DNA of 64,000 bases, taken from contig OZ242029.1 in the NCBI GenBank assembly GCA_965205015.1, positions 3,872,001-3,936,000 of the forward strand. The letters run 5' to 3'. Positions 1 through 9,027 of this stretch are shown here, piece by piece (positions within the stretch are counted from its first letter, which is position 1; each line of letters opens with the position of its first letter). The notes under the pieces were generated by a model that was given only the letters and a program-made list of their open reading frames with translations, had not been told where the DNA came from and ran no database searches. The position numbers and the translations under genes are program-made. The stretch comes from Candidatus Poribacteria bacterium. GTDB taxonomy: Bacteria; Poribacteria; WGA-4E; WGA-3G.

Positions 1-27
1 GACTGGACACAGCAAAGGAGAATGGAT

Positions 28-1422
28 ATGGCAAAACAACCCAATATCGTATTGCTCGGCGTTGATTCACTACTCGCGACACACATGAGTTGTTACGGGT
101 ATCACCGATTGACAACACCACACATCGACCGGTTTGCGGCGGGTGGCACTCTCTTTGAGAAAACGTATAGCCCACACATTCCAACGACGAGTGCTTATGC
201 ATCAATGCTGACCGGATTGGACACGTTCAGCACGCAGGTCGTCGCATTACGGCACCAAGGCCCGCTCCGCGAAGAGGTCAAAACGTTGGCAGAAATTCTT
301 CGAGATGAAGGCTACGATACCACCTGTGTTGGGTTCAGCGGACCGAGTGCACGTGGGTTCGACACCTATCTTGAATATTCTGGATGGGGACCCGATGAGA
401 GCGGACGGAGTCCGAAAGCGGAAAATCTCAACAAAACAACCCTCCCTGAACTGAACCGGCTGATCGATCAGAGCGACGAAAAACCGTTTTTCCTGTTCCT
501 GCGCCACATGGACCCACACTCCCCCTACCTACCCCCCGCCCCTTATGAACGGATGTTCTATCACGGTGACGAATGCGATCCGAGCAACAAATCTATGGAA
601 CCGGTGATGACGTTTAAACCGTTTTGTGATTACTTCGCCTCATGGATGCCACCCGGAATTACCGATAAAGATTACGTCATCGCGCAATATGACGGCGCAA
701 TCGCTTATATGGATGCGTGTATTCAGACGCTCTTCAATGCCCTTGAAACGCGCGGTGTGTTGGACGACACAATTGTCGTCATCAATGGAGATCACGGCGA
801 AACCCTCTATGATCATGAATGTTGGTTTGACCACCACGGTATCTACGATGTCACCTTGCACGTGCCGCTGATTATCCGTTATCCTGGACGTGTGCCTGCT
901 GGCGAACGCGTTGCCGGCTATAATCAACATAAAGACCTCGTGCCGACGCTCCTTGAATTAGCAGATATTGAAACAGACATCGCATTCGACGGACAGAGCC
1001 TTACCCCCTTAATGAACGGCGAGATAACCTCCTACGACAGCGAGTTCTACATCACAGAATGTACGTGGATGCGGAAACACGGTTGGCGCACCCCGGAATG
1101 GAAACTCATCGTCGCGCTTGAACCCGACTTCCATTTCAAACCCCCTGTCGAACTCTATAACCTTATCCAAGACCCCGATGAGAACAACAATCTTGTTGAT
1201 GAACATCCGGACATCGTCAATGTGCTCGAGACTCGGATGAAGCGTTGGATTCTTCAGCGGGAACAGGAGACAGGCTTGACGAACCCGATTATGACGCAGG
1301 GCGATTGGCATGGACACAAGGGTGTCGGTCCGTTCAAGTCATCGGAACAGGCATATAACACGATGCACATTGGGGATGCGGGTGCAGCGGCGCGTTTACA
1401 GGCGAAATCTCGCGATGAATAG
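28..1422 (+). CDS. Sulfatase-like alkaline-phosphatase-superfamily hydrolase with a non-canonical Thr active-site motif
   Basis: PNIVLLGVDSL, MDPHSPY, YDGAIAYMD, GDHGE, VPLIIR and ELYNLxxDPxE motifs. The nucleophile region reads PTTSAYASMLTG, not CxPxR. SD AGGAG at 16-20 favours the ATG at 28. Confidence 0.85.
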   Translation: MAKQPNIVLLGVDSLLATHMSCYGYHRLTTPHIDRFAAGGTLFEKTYSPHIPTTSAYASMLTGLDTFSTQVVALRHQGPLREEVKTLAEILRDEGYDTTCVGFSGPSARGFDTYLEYSGWGPDESGRSPKAENLNKTTLPELNRLIDQSDEKPFFLFLRHMDPHSPYLPPAPYERMFYHGDECDPSNKSMEPVMTFKPFCDYFASWMPPGITDKDYVIAQYDGAIAYMDACIQTLFNALETRGVLDDTIVVINGDHGETLYDHECWFDHHGIYDVTLHVPLIIRYPGRVPAGERVAGYNQHKDLVPTLLELADIETDIAFDGQSLTPLMNGEITSYDSEFYITECTWMRKHGWRTPEWKLIVALEPDFHFKPPVELYNLIQDPDENNNLVDEHPDIVNVLETRMKRWILQREQETGLTNPIMTQGDWHGHKGVGPFKSSEQAYNTMHIGDAGAAARLQAKSRDE

Positions 1423-1474
1423 CTATTAGCCATCAGCAGTCAGCAATCAGAGGGTGGTGTTGCAGTGCCTGTCC

Positions 1475-1707
1475 GCAAGCCTGTCGACCGTAATGAAATT
1501 GCGGAGTTTTTGCTTGGATGTTTCTTCAGGTATACGGAAATGGACTGTGTAATCTAAACGCACCTGACCGAACCGCAAGCAAAATTAGGAATGTGTTTAT
1601 CTTCACAGCACTAAAAACATAGCCTGTAATGTAATGGAAGGCGGGTCTACGGAGAAAGACTTTCAAGGTCCAACCCGCCTGACCGAACCGCAAGGAAAAT
1701 TAAAAAT
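1475..1707 (+). repeat. Two tandem units of a dispersed intergenic element ending in GACCGAACCGCAAG(G/C)AAAATTA
   Basis: Motif at 1563-1590 and 1678-1707. Region 1595-1710 aligns by eye with the reverse complement of 57876-57989. Confidence 0.8.
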
Positions 1708-2529
1708 ATGCCAGATTATAGACGAGATCAGGTTTTAGAACGACTGAAAGCAGAATTGGATAGAGATAAACCGTTACTCGCCGTGGGTGCGGGAACAGGT
1801 ATCACGGCGAAATTCGCGGAACAAGGCGGCGCCGACCTGATTGTGATTTACAATTCTGGTCGCTACCGGATGTCGGGGTTCGGCTCCTGCGCTGGACTGT
1901 TGGCTTATGGGGACGCGAATGCTATCGTTATGGAGATGGGTGAACGTGAGGTGCTCCCTGTTGTCAAAGAAACGCCTGTTATCGCTGGCGTGAACGGTAC
2001 AGACCCGACGCGCCGGATGAGCAACTTCCTCAAACAGGTCCGAGATGTCGGGTTCGACGGGGTTAATAACTTCCCAACCGTCGGTGTGATCGACGGGAAA
2101 TTTCGGCTAACGCTTGAAGAGACAGGGATGGGTTTCTACAAAGAGGTTGAAACGATCGGTATCGCGCATGAGATGGACCTTTTCACCATCGTCTATGTCT
2201 TCAATCCAGAAGAATCCGAGAACATGGCGAAAGTCGGCGCGGACGTTATCATTGCGCACATGGGGACGACGGTGGGTGGTACTATCGGTGCGGAAACGGC
2301 TTTCACGATCGAGAATGCGGCGGTACAGGTCCAGAAGATTTGCGACGCGGCACGAGCCGTGAACCCGGAGGTCATCTGTTTGGCACACGGTGGTCCCATA
2401 TCAAAAGCACCGGAGGCGGCGTTTATCAATGAGAAAACAGATGCCGTTGGCTTCGTCGGTGCCTCCAGCATTGAACGGTTTGCCTGCGAAGAGAGTATCC
2501 CGCGGGTTACGGCTTCCTTTAAGGAATGA
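1708..2529 (+). CDS. Phosphoenolpyruvate hydrolase-like TIM-barrel protein
   Basis: GAGTGITAKFAExGGADLIVIYNSGRYRM, YGDAN, GVNNFPTVG, HGGPI and GFVGASSIER family motifs. Confidence 0.85.
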   Translation: MPDYRRDQVLERLKAELDRDKPLLAVGAGTGITAKFAEQGGADLIVIYNSGRYRMSGFGSCAGLLAYGDANAIVMEMGEREVLPVVKETPVIAGVNGTDPTRRMSNFLKQVRDVGFDGVNNFPTVGVIDGKFRLTLEETGMGFYKEVETIGIAHEMDLFTIVYVFNPEESENMAKVGADVIIAHMGTTVGGTIGAETAFTIENAAVQVQKICDAARAVNPEVICLAHGGPISKAPEAAFINEKTDAVGFVGASSIERFACEESIPRVTASFKE

Positions 2530-2555
2530 AAGCCAGATCACGCAAATTGCAGTCA

Positions 2556-2643
2556 GTAGGTTGGGTTGAACGCAGTAAAATCCAACCTATTTAAAAAAAT
2601 ATCTCCAGCCCCGAACCCGGTAGGTGCGGTTTGCAACCGCGCC
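2556..2643 (+). repeat. Two GTAG-type REP-like palindromes
   Basis: GTAGGTTGGGTTGAACGCAGTAAAATCCAACCTA (2556-2589) and GTAGGTGCGGTTTGCAACCGCGCC (2620-2643); each is GTAG followed by a hairpin. Confidence 0.65.
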
Positions 2644-2721
2644 GTAACGATGAAACGTCTGAGCAATTAACGACCTGTGAATATATAAGCGTATTTATTA
2701 TGCTTGTATAAGGTGATTTTA

Positions 2722-3561
2722 ATGTATGAAGAATTAGATGGAATTAACCCTCCAAACGATGAAGATATTTTGTGGCGATACACGAACTTTGAGGTATTTG
2801 TTAATCTGTTAGATACAGAAGCTTTGTATTTTACAAGAGCTGATAAATTCGAGGATCCATACGAAGGATTTATACCCCAAAGTATTATGGATGCCTACAA
2901 ACAATCCCTTGAGCGTGTTACCCCAGCAGAGTTTGTCGAAGCAATTATGAAATGGTACGAACCTTCTCGTAAATATGTCATGTGTAACTGTTGGCATCAG
3001 AATGTAGTAGAGTCAATGGCAATGTGGGAAAAATATCACATGCGCAATAGTGGTGTTGCTATAAAAACAACCATGGAAAAAATGAAAAGTAGTTTAACAA
3101 GCGAGTATTCTATTTATATCGGTAAAATGGAGTATATCTACGGTAACACGGATGATGACCAATATATGCAAAACTTTCTACAAAACAATATTCCATTGGC
3201 TAAAAAGTTGACATATTTCCCTTATTTCCTAAAAAGAAAAGAATACGAACATGAGCAGGAAGTTCGATTAATCGTTGATATTGATCCTTTTGTTATGGAC
3301 GCTCTTAATAATCAAACTGTGGAAACTGTAGATACTTTTTTAGAGACTGGATTACCGGATATATGTGACATCGGTATGCTTTTCAATATTGATGTAAGTA
3401 CGTTGATTGATGAAGTCATTGTCTCACCCTACGCGAAGGATTGGAGTACAGAAACTCTCAGCTCAGTAGTTCAGAAATTCGGATTTAATTTTGATGTTAA
3501 ACCATCAACACTTTTAGACCATCCTACTTCAGACGAACTTATCAATGGTGGAGGTTTATAA
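2722..3561 (+). CDS. DUF2971-like protein (AT-rich)
   Basis: LWRY, F.DP.EG, CW..ES.AMW..Y, KR..Y.HE.EVR and I.EVIVSP pattern. SD AAGGTGA favours the ATG at 2722. Confidence 0.7.
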   Translation: MYEELDGINPPNDEDILWRYTNFEVFVNLLDTEALYFTRADKFEDPYEGFIPQSIMDAYKQSLERVTPAEFVEAIMKWYEPSRKYVMCNCWHQNVVESMAMWEKYHMRNSGVAIKTTMEKMKSSLTSEYSIYIGKMEYIYGNTDDDQYMQNFLQNNIPLAKKLTYFPYFLKRKEYEHEQEVRLIVDIDPFVMDALNNQTVETVDTFLETGLPDICDIGMLFNIDVSTLIDEVIVSPYAKDWSTETLSSVVQKFGFNFDVKPSTLLDHPTSDELINGGGL

Positions 3562-3959
3562 TGGAACCTATAAATGTTGTTGTTGACGAAAAATTTGAAC
3601 AAATTCTAAAAGAAGAAGCGAAAGAATTTTCTATAGATTGGTCATTAGTAGAAATTAAATGGGTTCTTTATGAGGAATTGCTATTAACGCACTTACAACC
3701 TCCGTTGGGCAAAAATATGGTTAAAATGGTAGTTTTAGGATTCAAAGGGGAAATTTCAGTGCAGGATGTAGACAAATGGTTCCGTTCTTATCGTTTCACA
3801 TATTGTATTTACTACAAAACCGCCGATACAGCAGCTGAAAAGATGGAGATGCTTAGTCTGGGTGCTGAAGGCACAATCAGCGATATAGCGATAAAACTCC
3901 GTGATATTTTCAGTGGTTTCAAAGGTGTACTGCCATCGGAAATTCGGGCCACCCTCTAA
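3561..3959 (+). CDS. Hypothetical protein, translationally coupled to the DUF2971-like gene
   Basis: TAATG overlap, SD GGAGG upstream, AT-rich 132-aa ORF. Confidence 0.65.
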   Translation: MEPINVVVDEKFEQILKEEAKEFSIDWSLVEIKWVLYEELLLTHLQPPLGKNMVKMVVLGFKGEISVQDVDKWFRSYRFTYCIYYKTADTAAEKMEMLSLGAEGTISDIAIKLRDIFSGFKGVLPSEIRATL

Positions 3960-4042
3960 ACCAAGATTGTGCTATGATAACAATCTAAATGATGTGCAGC
4001 AAAATATCTTCAAAAAACGACGAGTAAATAGTGGAGAAAGTG

Positions 4043-6430
4043 ATGTCCAGTCCTGTCAAAGAAATAGAGATTTTAACTGCCGATGATGCCGAGTTGATGC
4101 GTATCAGTCGAGAAGGAACGCTCTCCTTAAGTCTGAACGAGATGCAGACGATTCAGACGCACTTCGGAACCCTCGGACGCAACCCCACCGATGTAGAAAT
4201 AGAGACTATCGCCCAGACGTGGTCTGAACATTGCGTTCACAAAACATTCAAAAGCACCATCCTCTATTCCGAAGAAGGCAAAGCATCAGAGCAGATTGAC
4301 GGCTTGTTTCCAACCTTCATTCAACGTGCGACTGAGGAGATAGCGAAACCGTGGTGTGTCTCCGTCTTTTCAGATAATGCCGGTATCATCGAGTTTGACG
4401 AGAAATTCAATCTCGTTTTCAAGGTAGAAACACACAACCATCCCTCAGCGATTGAACCGTATGGGGGGGCTGGGACCGGGATAGGCGGTGTCATTCGAGA
4501 CTCACTCGGTACGGGACTCGGGGCAAAGCCGATTCTGAATACGGATGTATTCTGTTTCGGGATGCCGGATACACCCTACACGCAGCTACCGAAAGGCACA
4601 CTTCATCCAAAGCGTGTCTTTAAAGGCGTTGTCGCTGGCGTGCGCGATTACGGCAACCGAATGGGGATCCCTACGGCGAACGGTGCTATTCTTTTTGATG
4701 CCCGTTATACCGCAAATCCACTCGTCTTCTGTGGGAATGTCGGTTTAATACCGAGAAACAGGTGTGAGAAATCCGTTGAACCCGGTGATCTGGTGGTTGC
4801 GATCGGTGGACAAACCGGGCGTGATGGCATCCACGGTGCCACCTTCTCTTCTGCAGAATTGGACGATACTTCTGAAAGTCTCGGTAGTGTGGTGCAGATC
4901 GGCAACCCGATTATGGAAAAAAAGATTGTCGATGCCCTGTTGCAGGCGCGGGATCGGCATCTTTATCGTTCCATCACCGATTGCGGTGCTGGAGGATTCT
5001 CGTCCGCTGTCGGAGAGATGGGAGAAGAGATAGGGGCAGAAGTGCACCTCGAACGCGTTTCTCTGAAATACGAAGGGCTCGCGCCGTGGGAAATCTGGCT
5101 CTCCGAAGCACAGGAGCGGATGGTCATTGCCGTGCCACCTGAGAATCTGGATGAACTCATGGCAATATGCGAGGCAGAAGTCGTTGAAGCCACAGTCCTC
5201 GGGACTTTCACAGATACACATAAACTGCAAGTTTTCTATGAAGGCACTATAGTTGCCGACTTGGAGATGGAGTTCTTGCACCATGGACTGCCAATGCCGG
5301 TGAAGGAGGCGGTTTGGGAGCCGCCGAAGCATCCAGATATGGCATCGCGAGATGGAGAAACCGAGAATTATACCAATGACCTCAAACAACTTCTCGCAAG
5401 TCCAAACATCGCGAGTAAAGAATCCGTTATCCGGCAATACGACCACGGTGTCCAAGGGGGTATGGTTATCAATCCGCTTGTCGGTGTGGAAAACGACGGA
5501 CCGAGCGACGCATGCGTAACGACTCCTGTCTTAGGCAGTCGAAAAGGTGTCATTGTTGCGAACGGCATCAATCCGAGATATAGCGACGTGGATCCATATC
5601 TCAGCGCAGCTGCGGCGATTGATGAGGCGTTACGGAATGTTGTCGCTGTCGGGGGAACCTTAGAAAAGACTGCGTTACTGGACAATTTCTGTTGGGGGAA
5701 TCCGGACAAACCCGACCGGCTCGGTGAACTCGTCCGTGCGGCGAGAGCGTGTTACGACATCGCAACTGCTTACGGCACACCCTTTATTTCCGGTAAAGAT
5801 AGCCTCTACAACGAATACAGGGATACCACGACGGGTGAACAACGCGCGATCCCTTCGACACTCCTTATATCTGCTATCTGTGTTATGCCTGACATTCAAA
5901 ACGCCGTTACAATGGACGTGAAAACGCCAGGCAATTTGATTTATGTCGTGGGGAATACCTACGCGGAATTAGGCGGTTCGCACTATTTCGGCATTCACGG
6001 GTTCGTCGGAAACACTGCCCCTGCCATTCGTCCAAGTGAGGGTAAGTTGACAATGGAACGTCTCAGTACTGCCATCAACAGTGGATGGGTGCGCTCGTGT
6101 CACGACTGCTCTGAAGGCGGTATCGGTGTAGCGGCGGCGGAAATGGCATTTGCGGGTGGCTACGGGATGTCTCTGCGTCTTGACAATATCCCGAGAGGCG
6201 AGGATATCAATGCTGACGATTTCCTACTCTTTTCAGAATCGAATAGCCGCTTTCTTGTAGAGATTGAACCGCAACACCAAGATGCCTACGAAAATCACAT
6301 GGCGGGGATACCCATTGGCTGTCTTGGCACTGTTTTAGATACATCCGAATTTGTTATCAAGGGAAAGACTGGACGTTTGATCGTTGAAACGTCCATTGAT
6401 ATTCTCAAATCTGCTTGGCAGGTTTTTTAA
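4043..6430 (+). CDS. purL: Phosphoribosylformylglycinamidine synthase subunit PurL
   Basis: QTWSEHCVHK, KVETHNHPSAIEPYGGA, DCGAGG, SEAQERM, FISGKDSLYN and HDCSEGG motifs. Confidence 0.96.
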   Translation: MSSPVKEIEILTADDAELMRISREGTLSLSLNEMQTIQTHFGTLGRNPTDVEIETIAQTWSEHCVHKTFKSTILYSEEGKASEQIDGLFPTFIQRATEEIAKPWCVSVFSDNAGIIEFDEKFNLVFKVETHNHPSAIEPYGGAGTGIGGVIRDSLGTGLGAKPILNTDVFCFGMPDTPYTQLPKGTLHPKRVFKGVVAGVRDYGNRMGIPTANGAILFDARYTANPLVFCGNVGLIPRNRCEKSVEPGDLVVAIGGQTGRDGIHGATFSSAELDDTSESLGSVVQIGNPIMEKKIVDALLQARDRHLYRSITDCGAGGFSSAVGEMGEEIGAEVHLERVSLKYEGLAPWEIWLSEAQERMVIAVPPENLDELMAICEAEVVEATVLGTFTDTHKLQVFYEGTIVADLEMEFLHHGLPMPVKEAVWEPPKHPDMASRDGETENYTNDLKQLLASPNIASKESVIRQYDHGVQGGMVINPLVGVENDGPSDACVTTPVLGSRKGVIVANGINPRYSDVDPYLSAAAAIDEALRNVVAVGGTLEKTALLDNFCWGNPDKPDRLGELVRAARACYDIATAYGTPFISGKDSLYNEYRDTTTGEQRAIPSTLLISAICVMPDIQNAVTMDVKTPGNLIYVVGNTYAELGGSHYFGIHGFVGNTAPAIRPSEGKLTMERLSTAINSGWVRSCHDCSEGGIGVAAAEMAFAGGYGMSLRLDNIPRGEDINADDFLLFSESNSRFLVEIEPQHQDAYENHMAGIPIGCLGTVLDTSEFVIKGKTGRLIVETSIDILKSAWQVF

Positions 6431-6477
6431 GTATTCGCAAGGCGTTAAATCAAGCGATTGGTTTATTGACTGTTTTT

Positions 6478-6651
6478 CCTCAAATCCGCCTGCGCCGTTG
6501 TTGCAGGCTATCGTCTTAAGTTAAGGATCGTAGCATAAACTGTTGGTTTGTGCAGTCAAAACTGTAGTCCGTAATGAAATGGAGGACGGATAGATGGAAC
6601 GCACACAATAGTTCAAACGTCCTTGATAATTCCGCAAGGTAAAATTAAAAA
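6478..6651 (+). repeat. Composite intergenic repeat (GTAG hairpin modules plus CCGCAAGG-AAAATTAAAAA tail) between purL and purQ
   Basis: TAGCATAAACTGTTGGTTTGTGC and an inverted TAGCCTGCAACAACGG.GCAGGCGG are shared with 13175-13240. The tail matches 1688-1707. Confidence 0.75.
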
Positions 6652-7440
6652 ATGAAACCAAAGGCACTTATTTTACGGACTGCAGGCACGAACTGCGACG
6701 CGGAAACGGATATGGCGTTCCAGTTCGCGGGAGCAGAGACAGCGTTAGTCCATATTCAACACCTCATATCAGGCAGAGTTAATCTTGCCGACTATCAAAT
6801 TCTCGCGATCCCCGGTGGATTCTCCTACGGCGATGACATTGCGGCGGGTATCCTGTTAGCCGTCGAGATGAAACACAAACTGACAGACGCGTTGAATCGA
6901 TTTGTCGAAGATGGCAAGTTAATAATTGGCATCTGCAACGGGTTTCAAGTGCTTGTGCGAACAGGCTTACTGCCCGGCAATGGAGCATCAGAGATGCGGC
7001 AGCGCGCCACATTGGCGATGAATACCTCAGCGAAATTCGAGTGTCGGTGGGTGGATCTGGAAACACAGGAGAGTCCGTGTGTCTTTACAACCGGAGTCAA
7101 AGCACGTATGTATCTCCCCGTTGCGCACGCTGAAGGTAGATTTACTGCCCCCGCGAAGGTGCTCTCAGAATTGGAAGCGAACGATCAGGTCGTGTTTCGG
7201 TATGCCGAGAATAGATACCCTAACAATCCGAACGGTTCCGATAGCGATATTGCGGGTATCTGTGATGCAACGGGCAAAATTTTCGGATTAATGCCCCATC
7301 CAGAACGGTTCCTGACGAAATGGAATCATCCGCGTTGGACACGGAACCCCGCGAACACCCAAGAGATCGATTCTGAAGAAGGCGACGGATTGGTTATCTT
7401 CAAAAACGCGGTTAATTACGTCTTTTCTAATTTTCCTTAA
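6652..7440 (+). CDS. purQ: Phosphoribosylformylglycinamidine synthase subunit PurQ
   Basis: GTNCD, PGGFSYGD, GICNGFQ, PVAHAEG and GLMPHPER motifs. Confidence 0.96.
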   Translation: MKPKALILRTAGTNCDAETDMAFQFAGAETALVHIQHLISGRVNLADYQILAIPGGFSYGDDIAAGILLAVEMKHKLTDALNRFVEDGKLIIGICNGFQVLVRTGLLPGNGASEMRQRATLAMNTSAKFECRWVDLETQESPCVFTTGVKARMYLPVAHAEGRFTAPAKVLSELEANDQVVFRYAENRYPNNPNGSDSDIAGICDATGKIFGLMPHPERFLTKWNHPRWTRNPANTQEIDSEEGDGLVIFKNAVNYVFSNFP

Positions 7441-7448
7441 ATTAAAAA

Positions 7449-7883
7449 ATGTCAAATAAGTTATATCGGCGTCTACTCCCATTTTATATGAAATTGCCTG
7501 TCTTTTGGGCATTCATAATTCTTTCGGTATTAGGACAACTGCTTTGGGTGGTTGTCGTTTCACAGGATGTCCGGATTGACCTCCGGTGGTCGAGTTTCGG
7601 CTACGGCTTAGGGATCGGTTTGGGTTTCATGCAGGGGAAGTGGACGTCTCGGCTGTGGGATCAATCGTATCTACAGGTTCTAAAGCGGCAGATAACTTTC
7701 TGGGAAGCAAAAGGTGCGAAACTTCTGACCTTTTATACCTGCGTTGCACTCGGTTTACCGATTCTTTGTCCCTTCCTTATTCGTTCACTCGATACGTTGG
7801 TGGGCATCCAATCCTATGTTTTCGGCTTTATCGGCGCGATGAATGTGGCGTTGCTGCTCTGGGTGCGGCGCATGCCAAAGTGA
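7449..7883 (+). CDS. Hypothetical membrane protein (about 4 TM)
   Basis: Hydrophobic 144-aa ORF 8 nt after purQ, with an ATTAAAAAATG start context. Confidence 0.7.
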   Translation: MSNKLYRRLLPFYMKLPVFWAFIILSVLGQLLWVVVVSQDVRIDLRWSSFGYGLGIGLGFMQGKWTSRLWDQSYLQVLKRQITFWEAKGAKLLTFYTCVALGLPILCPFLIRSLDTLVGIQSYVFGFIGAMNVALLLWVRRMPK

Positions 7884-7921
7884 ATTTACAGTAAATAGTC
7901 ATTTTAAACATTGACAAGTAA

Positions 7922-7950
7922 TTGAAAAGTCGTTCCAAATGTGGTAAACT
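7922..7950 (+). promoter_or_regulatory. Sigma70-type promoter
   Basis: TTGAAA-17 bp-TAAACT with an extended TG. Confidence 0.55.
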
Positions 7951-7996
7951 CTATGTAAGGATGAACAGATTCAGAACGATTACTGGAGAATTCAAC

Positions 7997-8515
7997 ATGC
8001 GTCCGTTGACAATTTCCCTACCAGATTACCTCTATAAAAAACTGGCACAACAAGCTAAAGTGTCTGAAACCTCCCTTGAAGAACTTGTGTTGTTTCAACT
8101 CAAGCGCGACGAGGCAAAAGGTGCTGCCCTGACCTTCTTACAAAAGCGAGCGGGTAGATGTTTGACGGTAAGAGAACCTATTCTTAAACAATCAACACCC
8201 GCTACTTGGGTAGTTCCCATTTTCACCAACGTCGCGCCTCCTGTCGAAGTTGGGGAGATATTCGTTGATGCTAACACTGGCGAAATTTTAAGCGCAGAGA
8301 TGGACGTGACTGAAATGATTAAGAAGGGACACGTGAGTTTTGGGTTTAAGTCTCTCGCTGTTGAAAAGCAGAAACGTTTGGCAGAACTCCTTGCCTTGAA
8401 CAATGAAAAAGTGTTAGAATCGGAATCAAAAAAAGAAATGGAAGCACTCCTCGCTGAAGAGCAAGCTCTCCAAATTCAAAATCTCGAAACACTGGAGAGA
8501 CGGCTTTTATCATGA
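7997..8515 (+). CDS. Putative antitoxin/regulator with an N-terminal ribbon-helix-helix-like segment
   Basis: RPLTISLPDYLYKKLAQQAK N-terminus and charged helical C-terminus (QKRLAELL...). SD GGAG precedes the ATG at 7997. Confidence 0.6.
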   Translation: MRPLTISLPDYLYKKLAQQAKVSETSLEELVLFQLKRDEAKGAALTFLQKRAGRCLTVREPILKQSTPATWVVPIFTNVAPPVEVGEIFVDANTGEILSAEMDVTEMIKKGHVSFGFKSLAVEKQKRLAELLALNNEKVLESESKKEMEALLAEEQALQIQNLETLERRLLS

Positions 8516-8529
8516 GCAAGGCGTGATAT

Positions 8530-8937
8530 ATGCGTATAGGTAATCCATTGCGCAGTCCTGTGGCAAGCCGCGCAAATGAACGGTGTGAGTATTGTCAATA
8601 TCCAGAACAATTTTCTCCCTCCTCCTTTCAAGTCGAGCATATTGTGCCAAGATCAAGAGGCGGTCTGACAGAACCTACCAATCTGGCACTTGCCTGTTCA
8701 CATTGTAACGCGCACAAGGCTACGCGCGAAAACGGGACTGATCCATTGACGGGAATAGATGTTAGACTTTTCAACCCCCGGATTGATGACTGGACAGTTC
8801 ATTTTCTTTTAAATCGAGAGACTGGAGAGATTGAGGGACAAACATCAATAGGTCGGACAACAGTCGAAATACTCCTAATGAATGCTGAACAACCGATTCG
8901 AGCACGCAGGAACTTGATAAAACTTGAGGTTTTGTAA
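8530..8937 (+). CDS. HNH endonuclease (Zn-binding, McrA-like)
   Basis: CEYC...VEHIVPRSRGG...NLALACSHCNAHK...LFNPR...W..HF. Confidence 0.9.
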   Translation: MRIGNPLRSPVASRANERCEYCQYPEQFSPSSFQVEHIVPRSRGGLTEPTNLALACSHCNAHKATRENGTDPLTGIDVRLFNPRIDDWTVHFLLNRETGEIEGQTSIGRTTVEILLMNAEQPIRARRNLIKLEVL

Positions 8938-9027
8938 AAACACAAGAAGTCCTGTCAATCGATGAGTGCTGATTCTTGAAATACTTCCGACCCCTACGGA
9001 GATTTCTCACTTAAACCTCCCGAAAAT

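Noticed and set aside
2520-2560. TGA read-through or frameshift at the end of the TIM-barrel gene
   Set aside because: The domain appears complete and no SECIS-like evidence is visible.
4745-5455. Long antisense ORFs (for example inside purL, the lactonase, the antiporter and nuoF)
   Set aside because: They are shadow ORFs opposite well-supported genes and have no motifs.
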